A stretch of DNA of 64,000 bases from Octopus vulgaris (Eukaryota), in contig OX597835.1 in NCBI GenBank assembly GCA_951406725.2, positions 18,786,001 through 18,850,000 of the forward strand. The letters are read 5' to 3'. A program made the translations under genes and the position numbers. This document shows, piece after piece, positions 44,264 to 56,324 of this stretch (the stretch's first letter is position 1; every line of letters begins with the position of its first letter). Under the pieces are notes generated by a model. It was not told where the DNA came from. It worked only from the letters and a program-made list of their open reading frames with translations, and did not search any database.

Positions 44264-44393
44264 TTCAAAATTTATTCCTGTCGAATTTTATCCGTTATTT
44301 TTGTGGTTTACAGAACCTAGCTGTTCTTTCTAGCGTACTGAATTCCATATAAGTGGATTTGTTATGTGTTTAAATATACACTATATCGTATGA

Positions 44394-44451
<58 letters not shown>

Positions 44452-44840
44452 CCATACGACATAGTGTATATTTAAACACATAACGAATCCACTTATAGAG
44501 AATTCAGCACGCTAGAAAGAACAGCTAGGTTCTGTAAACCACAAAAATAACGGATAAAATTCAACAGGAATAAATTTGGAAAGGAAAAATATTTACCATC
44601 TAGTTACCTGAAACAATTGGTTTCTGATCATCTTTTAGCGAGTCAAGGAGAACTCACAAGGTCTGATTTTCTTCAGCAGGTCCAACCTAGTGCTAAACAT
44701 ATCCAACACGAGACAATCAAGGCTACTTGTCTCGTGTTTATAGGAACTAACTTTTACAAATTTTACTGCGCAGACGCAGTCCTTCGCTGGCTACAATAAA
44801 ATACCGCCAACTTTTAACCGAAAATTATCCAAAAACTTAT

Positions 44841-44842
<2 letters not shown>
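44087..44842. mobile_element. Three alternating-orientation copies of a PLE-like pLTR separated by (TA)n
   Basis: 44087-44202 direct, 44263-44398 inverted, 44447-44842 direct; shared gaaagaacagctagg...aaccacaaaaataacggat. Confidence 0.85.
44606..44681 (-). ncRNA. Type-I hammerhead with extended stem II
   Basis: accug CUGAAGA aaauca...gugagu...acucgc...ugauca GAAA ccaauug(g/u) UU caggu; stem I ACCUG/CAGGU; sister copy at 44178-44200 keeps the perfect palindrome AACCAAUUGGUU. Confidence 0.7.
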
Positions 44843-44872
<30 letters not shown>

Positions 44873-44942
44873 CGCCATGTTGATTCGCTAGCCTCTGCAC
44901 GCATTTTTTTCTCTCCTTCTTTCTGTGTTACTTCTCTGTGTA

Positions 44943-44980
44943 TCTTTCTGTTGAAGAGCGTAGGCTCGAAACGTAAAATA
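44943..44980 (+). ncRNA. Ultra-minimal hammerhead-like motif with CUGUUGA core
   Basis: ucuuu CUGUUGA a gagc guag gcuc GAAA cg UA aaaua; element 44872-45078 lies between (TA)n tracts. Confidence 0.6.
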
Positions 44981-45102
44981 CTTGTTTTATTTATATTCCT
45001 GAGCGCCATGCTAATACAATTGTTTGTTTGTATTCCACCTGCCTTCGTCTTTTGTTTATTTTCATAAAGCTTCCCGTTATATATATATATATATATATAT
45101 AC

Positions 45103-45164
<62 letters not shown>

Positions 45165-45556
45165 CAGAAGTAAGGATCCTATAGTCTCTGTCAATGCCGC
45201 TCACAGATATGTGAATGAAAGAATGTAGTGTTGATGTCGTTGGAGACAGGCTGATATGCAAACCAAAGCGGTCAGTAAAACAGCGGCCTTTTACTCCAGT
45301 GTAAAACGCAGATTTGGAATTTGACGTAATAAATTGAGATAAGGCGACGTGCAAAAGAAGCCCTGAGTAATGTAATATTTCTTCTAAGGCCTATTGTACG
45401 TTGTATTACTCTTAATGTAAGGGCAAATCGTATATGCTGCCTCGTAAGTGAGCACATGTTAAAGTTTTTGGTTATGGGATGGTGGAATCTATGCTAAGGC
45501 CCTACTTCTTAGAAGATTCGAGGGGTATTTTTGCCGTCTACTCCTACACCTCCAAT

Positions 45557-45705
45557 TATTAGGTTGTCCCAAAAGTTCGTAAACACCTGCGAAAACTGAA
45601 TTTTTACTCGCCAAGTACTAACAAAAACAACAAAAATTATTCCTCAAAATAAAGACCATTATTTTCCAAGACTTTCTACGAACTTTTGGGAGGGACAACC
45701 TTATA
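45557..45705. mobile_element. ~150-bp mariner-derived MITE
   Basis: TIRs aggttgtcccaaaagttcgta / tacgaacttttggg(aggg)acaacct; interior minus strand VLENNGLYFEE* (mariner C-terminus). Confidence 0.8.
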
Positions 45706-45908
45706 ATTCCTTAAACATTTTCTTGTCCCTCAACTCATTACTCTCCTCATCTTTCTCCATTCATCTCACTTGCATCGTTTTCTCTTTCTCCTCATTCCTC
45801 CTCTCTTTCCTTCTTTCATACGCTGTTTTTACCTTTTATTATTCACGTACGAACACATCGTCAACCTGCGATCTCTTTCAGTTACAGCCAGTTATTTTTT
45901 AAGTTCTA

Positions 45909-46230
45909 AAGACTCCGCCGGTTACGACGACGAGGGTCCCAGCTGATACGATCAACGGAACAGCCTGCTCGTGAAATTAACGTGCAAATGGCTGAGCATT
46001 CCACAGACACGTGTACCCTTAACGTAGTTCTCGGGGATAATCAGCGTGACACAGAGAGTGACAAGGCTGACCCTTTGAAATACAAGTACAACTCATTTTT
46101 GCCAGCTGAGTGGACTGGAGCAACGTGAAATAAAGTGTCTTGCTCAAGGACACAACGCGTCGCGGGAATCGAACTCACAGCCTTACGATCGTGAGCCGAA
46201 TGCCCAAACCAATAAGCCACGCGCCTTCAC
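45909..46230 (-). mobile_element. SINE family B
   Basis: Reverse complement of 38224-38545. Confidence 0.9.
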
Positions 46231-46727
46231 TATACCTTTTAAGTTAGATAACGTTAGATGATCGCAGCTGTCTCTCATTAATTTACTTCCTTGCACCTCT
46301 TCCCCTGCGACGCAGGATTTTTTCCTCTCTTCACGGCCAGTTCCCTCTAATCATTTTATCGATATTGCGACATGAAACTAATCTGCAGACGCAGAAAAAA
46401 CATTAGCCTCGTTGGAGTCTGGTTGATTCAACCTTGCACGCACACATGCACGTATGCACGCACTCACGCACGCACGCATGCACGCACAAGTCATATGTAT
46501 ATATAGAGAGTCAAATGCGTTTATATAAGTGTATATATGCATAATGTGCGCATACAAGACTATAAATATGCTCTGCTCATATATGCATTGTTATATATAA
46601 TCATATATATATATATATATACAACTTATACATACAAATCTTATACACAAATCATATATACATGCACATATAAGTTTCGATCTCCAGTAATCAGAGACTG
46701 ATTATGATTTTTTTATATTTACAAACA

Positions 46728-46778
<51 letters not shown>

Positions 46779-46843
46779 TACGTATGTTTAAAATCACACA
46801 TATATATATGCATATGCATATATATATATATATATATATGATA

Positions 46844-47044
<201 letters not shown>

Positions 47045-48272
47045 GTAGGTCCCGGGGTGAGTCGGGGTTAACCACAGTAAATAAGGTACTCAATACATAG
47101 CAGAGTAAAATAATTTATTTTATAGAAGGAGCTTCTACAGGACTAGAACTGTTTCATTTATATATATATATATAAATCATATATACATGTATATATAAGT
47201 TTCGATCTCCAGTAATCAGAGATTGCCAGTTACTGCACATATATTGCACTTCATAGAGTTGCTTATTCGGGTCTGCTAAAAAGAAAATATGTTGATAATT
47301 TGGAACAATTTTTCTTAGTTATTAAACATCGGTAGATTAAATTTCTGCGAGATATATATTCTGAATTTCGCTCCGGTGTGTTACATACGAATGTGCTGAG
47401 TTAGCGATTTTCTAAGATGTAACATTTTCAAGTGTAGATATTAGTTATAACTCTCTGTTTGTTCTTCAAGGAGTTATCGTTTCCTTCAAAGTATCATACG
47501 TCTTCAATTCTTATTTCATTCATGTGTGGTTTGTATTGAGCAGACATTATCCATTGGATGTCGGCTATTATAAAAACATTTATGAATATGGAGATACCGT
47601 ATCTAAAACCAAATACATTTATTGCTCATACAAAGGAAAAGATTAACGCGCTATCAATTAGTTGTGTAACTCCGAAGCAACTATATTGGAGGCTGCATTC
47701 ATATCGCAGAGAAACCACTGGGAGGAAATTTTTACATATGAATGTCAGAAGGGAAGTTCAAATAAAACTACTTTATTCAGAGAATTTTTTCGTATCAGAA
47801 TCATACAGAGAAGAAACTGTAGCAATAAACGTCAGAGCCGTGTCTTTTCAAGTAATATAGATGAGTTTGATAATTTGTGCTGCCAACTAAAATACTCGAG
47901 ACGACATTGTGATGCCAATGTAGTATAAATAAAGACATAAGTCAACAGTGAAGCCATACATTTTTAGGAACGTTCATAGAATATCAATCGTGACACATAT
48001 AAATATTTAATAAAAGTAGTTCTATTGCCCCCAGAGAAACAATTACTAACTCTATTGTGCACATAAGCGCAGATGGAATTTTACATCACGCTGTCCTATT
48101 ATTACAACTGTATTTGAGTCAGTCTGAGGATGGCTGCAAGAGAAATAGTTTTGCTGACGATAGAAATTCTCGTAAAAAAAGTAGGTAAGTACGATTTACA
48201 AAACAAATATTATCTCTCGAAATATATTGAGTTCATATTTCGCTAGTGCGAAATCTATCATAAACAATCATA

Positions 48273-48650
48273 CGTAGGAATGGTTGTGTGGTAAGTAGAT
48301 GGCTTACTAACTACATGGATCCCGGTTCAGTCCCACTGCGTGGCACATTCGGCAAGTGTGTTCTAGAATGGCCTCTAGTCGACCAAAGCCTTGTGAGTGG
48401 ATTTGTTAGATGGAAACTGAAAGAAGCTCATCTTATATGTTTGTGTGTGTGTATTTGTGTTTGTCCTCCCACCATCGCTTGACAACCGATGTTAGTGTGT
48501 TTACGTTCCCGTAACACAGCTGTTCGGCAAAAGCGTCCGATAGGATAAGTAGTACGCTTACAAAGAATTCGTTCTGGGTTCGATTTTTCAACTAGAGGTG
48601 GCGCTCCAGCATGATCGTAATCAAATGAGTGAAACAAATAAAAATTACAA
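48273..48650 (+). mobile_element. SINE family C, diverged
   Basis: Head ggttcagtcccactgcgtggc; tail ctccagcatgatcgtaatcaaatgagtgaaac. Confidence 0.8.
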
Positions 48651-48725
48651 GGATAAAACAATACATAAACAAATATATGTGCCTGTATGTCTGTATGTAT
48701 ATATATATATATACACACGCACATA

Positions 48726-48759
<34 letters not shown>

Positions 48760-48764
<5 letters not shown>

Positions 48765-48985
48765 TTTACTACCCACAAGGGGATACACACAGAGGGGACA
48801 AACAAGGACAGACAAACGGATTAAGTCGATTACATCGACTCTAGTGCTTAACTGGCACTTAATTTATTGACCCCGAAAGGATGAAAGGCAAAGTCGACCT
48901 CGGCGGAAATTGAACTCAGAACGTAACGGCAGACGAAATACGGCTACGCATTTCGCCCGGCGTGCTAACGTTTCTGCCAGCTCAC
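48760..48985 (-). mobile_element. SINE family D inserted in (TA)n
   Basis: Full D sequence. Confidence 0.9.
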
Positions 48986-49177
48986 CTTATATATATATAT
49001 GTATATATATATATGTGTATATTCAAAGGGCAAGACCGCTAGGTAGTCGGTCGTATGCTAGAAATAGATCACCAACGATAAAAGTACAAAGAATGTTCTC
49101 TAGAGGAAAATTCAGAGAACACCAGAACAATTAGGCGGGCAAGACAGATGAAAATTATATTAAAAAACAAAGAATTA

Positions 49178-49255
49178 ATCACATACCGGCGGTTTCAACC
49201 ATTAACAAAAGAATTACTTACATAATCCAAACGTCCGTAGTTTCGTCAGTGCGAT
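49178..49255 (-). ncRNA. Type-I hammerhead ribozyme (intact core)
   Basis: aucgca CUGACGA aacua (36 nt) ugguu GAAA ccg c cgg UA ugugau; 6-bp stem I, 5-bp stem II, stem III ACCG/CGGU, GUA cleavage site. Confidence 0.8.
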
Positions 49256-49413
49256 CGTTCCGACAAATGTAATTCGGAAAACTAACCCCAGCTTTCTGTG
49301 CCAAAACAGACACGTGTCTGTTTGAATATACACATGTTTTAGAATTTTCTCTGATAGGCTACTGGTTTTAAATTAATATTAATTTATCTCCCTCATTATT
49401 TAAATATATGTAT

Positions 49414-49463
<50 letters not shown>

Positions 49464-49545
49464 ATATCTGTGAACATGTATATATATATATATATCTGTA
49501 TACATATACATATACACATATATATATATATATATATATGTATAC

Positions 49546-49580
<35 letters not shown>

Positions 49581-50234
49581 TATATATATTACATGTATAC
49601 AGATATATATATATATATATATATATACATACATACATATACACACACATACAGGGTAGTGCATTATGTAGAACTTTCCACCGAATTTTATCCCCCCCCA
49701 CCCCTCATAAAAGCCATTTTTTTACTCTCCATAGGATTAGTTAGTGTAATTTCTTTCGCAGAAATATTGAATATTCGTCTCTGTAGTGCGTAAACATTAA
49801 CTTTTTTCTGAATATCGGAATGTATAGTACATAGAATATTGGAATATTAGTACATAGAAATGATAATTAGTAATTATTATAGTATATAGAGGGAGTTATT
49901 TTTCCTCTTTTATTTCCATAAATCATTTATGTTTTTTCCCCTCAAAAATCTATTTCATCTTTCATTTTTGTTTAATACCCTAAACAGCTCACAACATCCA
50001 TATTATGATTAAATAAATTATTCATCACCCTTAAACCCGTATATGTATATTTTTCAAATAAATTATAGCATACTCTGAATGTATAATATCTCCTCTCCTC
50101 TCATGAACTCCGTGTCCTAATATATTATAGTTTATTTACGAATATTTGAAAATACGGTCCTCAACTTCGTTGTTCAACACCTGAAAGTGCAAATCTATCT
50201 CTGAAAATAGATGTGTTTTTTTTTTTATATCCTA

Positions 50235-50738
50235 CTAGCAGTATCGCCCGGCGTTGCTCGGTTTGTAAGGGAAATAACTATATAAGCATTTTTAGAGAGT
50301 TACTTCCCTTATAAATTCGGGCTTTCTTAGCCATTTTTGTTTTGGTGTCTTCAAGCCATGAAGTCGTTGTTCTAAAAGAACGCTGGTCTCCTTGACAACG
50401 CTTTACGACGTTGATTTCCTTACACTCCCTTCCCCACAGCTTCACGAGGGAGGGAAGGGGGAGAAACAAACAGGTGCAGCTGTGAGCGTGGACGCCAACT
50501 CCACCGCCATCGACACACGATGCATTTTATGCATTAAAATGGAATAAAAAATGATGTTAAATTATTTTTAAAATCGTAGACTCATCTTGACGCGCGCTAA
50601 TAGTCAGACGGGCTCGATATGAATCACGACTATAAGATACCCGAATTTGGTTAAACTGCACCGCAAAATGTGGGAGGAGTTAGGAATCTAAATCGAAGGG
50701 GACAGACACTCACACAACTAGAGTTTTATATATATAGA
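50235..50738 (-). mobile_element. Non-autonomous Helitron
   Basis: 5' TCTATATA, 3' hairpin ccgagcaacgccggg followed by CTAG; inserted between A and T. Confidence 0.85.
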
Positions 50739-50894
50739 TATAGCTTCAATGCTGCGGGTCCAATTCTCAAACCGGATTGAAAGCCATGTAGGATTCTTTG
50801 GGTTATCTTTTTTATTCCTTTTGTTGTTCTGGTCCCATTAAATCCCGAATCTCATATGCATTACTTTTTCATTGACACAAATAAATTTTATATA

Positions 50895-51399
50895 TCTATA
50901 TATATATAACTCTAGTTGTGTGAGTGTCTGTCCCCTTCGATTTAGATTCCTAACTCCTCCCACATTTTGCGGTGCAGTTTAACCAAATTCGGGTATCTTA
51001 TAGTCGTGATTCATATCGAGCGCGTCTGACTATTAACGCGCGTCAACGATGAGTCTACGATTTTAAAAATAATTTAACATAATTTTTTATTCCATTTTAA
51101 TGCATAAAATGCATCGTGTGTCGATGGCGGCGGAGTTGGCGTCCACGCTCACAGCTGCACCTGTTTGCTTCTCCCCTTCCCTCCTTCGTGAAGCTGTGGG
51201 GAAGGGAGTGTAAAGAAATCAACGTCGTAATGCGTTGTGAAGGAAACCAGCGTTCTTTTAGAACAACGACTTCATGGCTTGAAGACACCAAAACAAAAAT
51301 GGCTAAGAAAGCCCGAATTTATAAGGGAAGTAACTCTCTAAAAATGCTTATATAGTTATTTCCCTTACAAACCCGAGCAACGCCGGGCGATACTGCTAG
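50895..51399 (+). mobile_element. Non-autonomous Helitron (inverted sister copy)
   Basis: 5' TC at 50895, 3' cccgagcaacgccgggcgatactgCTAG at 51399, A|T site. Confidence 0.85.
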
Positions 51400-51444
51400 T
51401 ATATATATATTATATTAAATTTGGATTTATTCCCTAATATTTAT

Positions 51445-51481
<37 letters not shown>

Positions 51482-51493
51482 TGTGTGTATGTA

Positions 51494-51546
<53 letters not shown>

Positions 51547-51579
51547 ATATATATGTATATATATATATGTATGTATGTC

Positions 51580-51654
<75 letters not shown>

Positions 51655-51720
51655 ATCTATGTATCTATCAGTCTATATCTATATCTATCTAGCTCTCTCT
51701 TTTTCTTTCTCCCTCTCTCT

Positions 51721-51751
<31 letters not shown>

Positions 51752-52502
51752 TGTCTCTCTCAATATATATATATATATATATATAATTCAGAATTAGAGG
51801 GGTTTTTTTTAATACAGAAAAGAAAAATAAATCTCAAGTACATCTTACGTTGTAACGATGCCTAAAGTCCTTGAAGAGGCATGGATATTCGACCGCATGG
51901 GCATATTTTGGCATTCTGTGCATCTTATGGAAAGCAAATAAGTGTACTTATAATTTTCTGCAAACCTTTTTTTAATTCAGTGCCCCAGTCATTATATAAA
52001 AGTAACCCATTGCATGATTTTCTTCCTGATATTACAAATTTAAGTTTTAAATTGTTAATATCTCGGCCTTGTTCTATAAGATATTTGGGCAGATCGGATC
52101 GAGATGTCCATCGCGGCGCAAACATTCTCGTTTCACTTATTGGTAATTATTTCAGTTGAATTTAACCTGATATCCTTGTCAATCGCATGCCACGAATAAT
52201 TAATCGCACTTCGTTATCTGGAAACCAGTGTGATACAAGATGGTGTCGTTTCTGTTTCATTCTCATGAGAAAGCATTGTATTGTTGCCCAGTGAATATAG
52301 TAGTTAGCTAGTCGTCCGTGTCTCTTTATTTACTTGGATTTGGCAAGTACTTGTGAAGTCGGAAACGACGCTGTCGATAATCTCAGTGGAAGTATTGTAT
52401 ATTCTACACCTGTAATCATTAGTTTTCTTTTGTATTTATTAGTAACTATTTGCTCTGTGCAGCTGAAATCTGACCAGCTACAGCTTCTTACAGAAATATT
52501 AT

Positions 52503-52920
52503 TACTCTTTACTCTTTACTCTTTTTACTTGTTTCAGTCATTTGACTGCGGCCATGCTGGAGCACCGCCTTTAGTCGAGCAAATCGACCCCGGGACTAAT
52601 TCTTTGTAAGCCCAGTACTTATTCTATCGGTCTCTTTTGCCGAACCGTTACTTTACGGGGACGTAAACACACCAGCATCGGTTGTCAAGCAATGCTAGAG
52701 GGACAAACACAGACACACAAACACATACACACATACATATATATATATATATTTATACGACAGGCTTCTTTCAGTTTCCGTCTACCAAATCCGCTCACAG
52801 GGTTATGGTCGGCCCGAGGCTATAGCAGAAGACACTTGCCCAAGATGCCACGCAGTGGGACTGAACCCGGAACCATGTGGTTGGTTAGCAAGCTACTTAC
52901 CACACAGCCACTCCTGCGCC
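52503..52920 (-). mobile_element. SINE family C
   Basis: Full copy; 18-bp head segment duplicated at 52921-52938. Confidence 0.9.
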
Positions 52921-53110
52921 TACCACACAGCCACTCCTATTACGTATATCATTCAGTATTATTCATGACTGCCGAGCTTCACACAGAGTTCTTCATGAGT
53001 AATTCTTACTCAGCGAATTTTCAGTAGTTTCTTCTTAAATTCCGTTTTGAATTTCTATGTTTGTAACATTTACTGTTGTTTCATATTCATAAGTTTTCTT
53101 CTACGCAGTT

Positions 53111-53477
53111 GTGGAGGCGCAATGGCCCAGTGGTTAGGGCAGCGGACTCGCGGTCATAGGCTCGCGCTTTCGATTCCCAGACCGGGCGTTGCGAGTGTTT
53201 ATTGAGTGAAAACACCTAAAACTCCACGAGGCTCCGGCAGGGATGGTGGTGATCCCTGCTGTACTCTTTCACCACAACTTTCTCTCACTCTTACTTCCTG
53301 TTTCTGTTGTACCTGTATTTCAAGGGGCCGGCCTTGTCACTCTCTGTGTCACGCTGAATATCCCCGAGAACCATGTTAAGGGTACACGTGTCTGTGGAGT
53401 GCTCAGCCACGAGCAGGCTGTTACGTTGATTCGGATCAACCGGAACCCTCATCGTCGTAACCGACGGAGTGCTTCCA
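53111..53477 (+). mobile_element. SINE family A (tail 1)
   Basis: TSD tctacgcagtt. Confidence 0.9.
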
Positions 53478-53529
53478 TCTACGCAGTTAGATTCAAGTTT
53501 CTCCATCATTTTCTCATATACACAGTTGA

Positions 53530-54570
53530 AGGCGGGGTCTGGCAGAAACGTTAGCACGCCGGGCGAAATGCGTAGCCATATTTCGTCTGCCGTTACGTTC
53601 TGAGTTCAAATTCCGCCGAGGTCGACTTTTGCTTTTCATCCTTTCGGGGTCGATAAATTAAGTACCAGTTACGCACTGGAGTCGGTGTAATCGACTTAGT
53701 CCCTTTGTCTGTCCTTGTTTGCCCCCCCCCCTGTGTTTAGCCCCTTGTGGGCAATAAAGAGATAAGAAACCTTAGCACGCCGGGCGAAGCCCTTTGCGGT
53801 ATTTCGTCTGCCGCTACGTTCTGAGTTCAAATTCCGCCGAGGTCGACTTTTGCATTTCATCCTTTCGGGGTCGATAAATTAAGTACCAGTTACGCACTGG
53901 AGTCGATGTAATCGACTTAGTCCCTTTGTCTGTCCTTGTTTGTCCCCCGTGTTTAGCCCATTGTGGGCAATAAAGAAATAAGAAACGCTAGCACGCCGGG
54001 CGAAGCCCTTTGCGGTATTTCCTCTGCCGCTACGTTCTGAGTTCAAATTCCATCGAGGTGGACTTTGCCTTTCATTTTTTCGGGGTCGATTAAATAAGTA
54101 CCAGTTACGCACTGGGGTCGATATAATCGACTTAATCCGTTTGTCTGTCGTTTGTCTGTCCTTCCTTGTCGACTCAGTGTTTAGCCCCTTGTGGGTAGTA
54201 AAGAAATAGGTATTCCGTCTGCCGTTACGTTCTGAGTTCAAATTCCGCCGAGGTCGACTTTGCCTTTTTATCTTTTCGGGGTCGATAAATTAAGTAGCAG
54301 TTAAGGACTGGGGTAATCGACCTCATCCCTTTGTCTCTCCTTGTTTTTTTTTTCCCTTTATGTTTAGCCCCTTGTGGACAATAAAGGAATAATAATCATT
54401 AGCCAACTGATCGAAATGCTACGTTCTCAGTTCAAATTCCACCGATGTCGACTTTGCCTTTCATCCTTTCGGGGTCAATAAATTAAGTAACAGTGAAACA
54501 CGGGGGGCCGATGTAATCGACTATTCCCCTCCCCACAAATTTCAGGATTTGTGCATTTAGTAGCAACGAT
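53530..54570 (+). mobile_element. Tandem array of about 5 family D SINE units
   Basis: Units start at ~53530, 53766, 53981, 54209 and ~54410, each with gttctgagttcaaattcc...gtcgactttgc-like sequence. Confidence 0.9.
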
Positions 54571-55289
54571 TATATACATAGCTGATTTGTTTTCCTTTCT
54601 TTCTTTCAATATAGTAATTATAGTAAAATTCCTCTACCTCTATTCAAATTGTATTTCTTGTCTCATACTTATCATTCTGCACCTTATATGCAAGTTCTTA
54701 GTATTGCATTTATATACAGTTGCAGTTTATCGACATCACAGTGATGTCAGAATCTCTTCGGGTGTTCTGTTTCAGCTCACTATCTCAGTTATTTTCTAGT
54801 TAATGAATGGCATGACAACTGCTTTTTTTTTTTACAATTCCATTTTAATATGAAAGCCATATTAATATTTATCTGATTCCTTTATTGTACTCAATTATCA
54901 GATTAATCTACAAATAAAGATTCTTTTTGGGTGGTTCTAGAATAACATTCTAGTTTTGCCATCTATAGCTAGCAAAAATATAATGTCCTCTGTGTTGATT
55001 AAAAAAAAAAATTCTTATAGCTTTTGAACATTTTTGTAATCATGTATACACGTTTGTGTCTATTGAAAATTCCGGAAATATATTGATAGGTTTTCCAACT
55101 GAATGATTTACAGTTATTTTCTAGTTCGATTAAATTTAATATTTATATTCTCCAAAATGTATGCACTAGAGAATTTTCTAACAATTTTCAATGCGCCTAA
55201 TATGAGATGATTCCTTTATTTGGGCTTTCGTTCATACCTTCTGGTGGACTCATTTTTCAGATGTATAACTTTGGTTACTGTCTGAAATT

Positions 55290-55657
55290 GTGGAGGCGCA
55301 ATGGCCCAGTGGTTAGGGCAGCCGACTCGCGGTCATAGGATCGCGGTTTCGATTCCCAGACCGGGCGTTGTGAGTGTTTATTGAGCGAAAACACCTAAAG
55401 CTCCACGAGGCTCCGGCAGGGGATGGTGGTGATCCCTGCTGTACTCTTTCACCACAACTTTCTCTCACTCTTACTTCCTATTTCTGTTGTACCTGTGTAC
55501 ACTCTCTGTGTCATGCTGAATATCCTCGAGAACTACGTTAAGGGTGCACGTGTCTATGGAGTGCTCAGCCACTTACACGTTAATTTCACGAGCAGGCTGT
55601 TCCGTTGATTCGGATCAACCGGAACCCTCGTCGTCGTAACCGACGGAGTGCTTCCCA
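55290..55657 (+). mobile_element. SINE family A (tail 1)
   Basis: TSD ctgtctgaaatt. Confidence 0.9.
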
Positions 55658-55939
55658 CTGTCTGAAATTATTTTAGTTGGACACTATCGATTGTTCGAAG
55701 TGATACGGCGATCAGATGTATCACAACATTTTTTGTTATGCTTGACAACGATAGCATATCGAATAACGAGTAGGTCTCAAATTTGTGGTTTGGCATGAGA
55801 CAAATCAAAAAGTCTCTTTCATATTCTAGGATCTCTTCCATTCTCAAACTCTTGTCGTATTCTCTTTTTGCTAAGTCTCTGACAGTAAGGAGAGCGTGGT
55901 TAGCAGTATCTAGCCCTTCTCCTCTAAGGCATTAACAGT

Positions 55940-56324
55940 ATGGAAGCACTCCGTTGGTTACGACAACGAGGGTTCCGGTTGATCCGAATCAACGGAACAG
56001 CCTGCTCGTGAAATTAACGTGTAAGTGGCTGAGCACTCCACAGACACGTGTCCCCTTAACGTAGTTCTCGGGGATATTCAGCGTGACACAGAGAGTGACA
56101 AGGCCGGCCCCTTGAAATACAGGTACAACAGAAACAGGAAGTAAGAGTGAGAGAAAGTTGTGGTGAAAGAGTACAGCAGGGATCACCACCATCCCCTGCC
56201 GGAGCCTCGTGGAGGTTTAGGCGCTTTCGCTCAATAAACACTCACAACGCCCGGTCTGGGAATCGAAACTGCGATCCTATGACCGCGAGTCCGCTGCCCT
56301 AACCACTGGGCCATTGCGCCTCCA
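55940..56324 (-). mobile_element. SINE family A (tail 1)
   Basis: TSD ttaacagta; full length. Confidence 0.9.
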
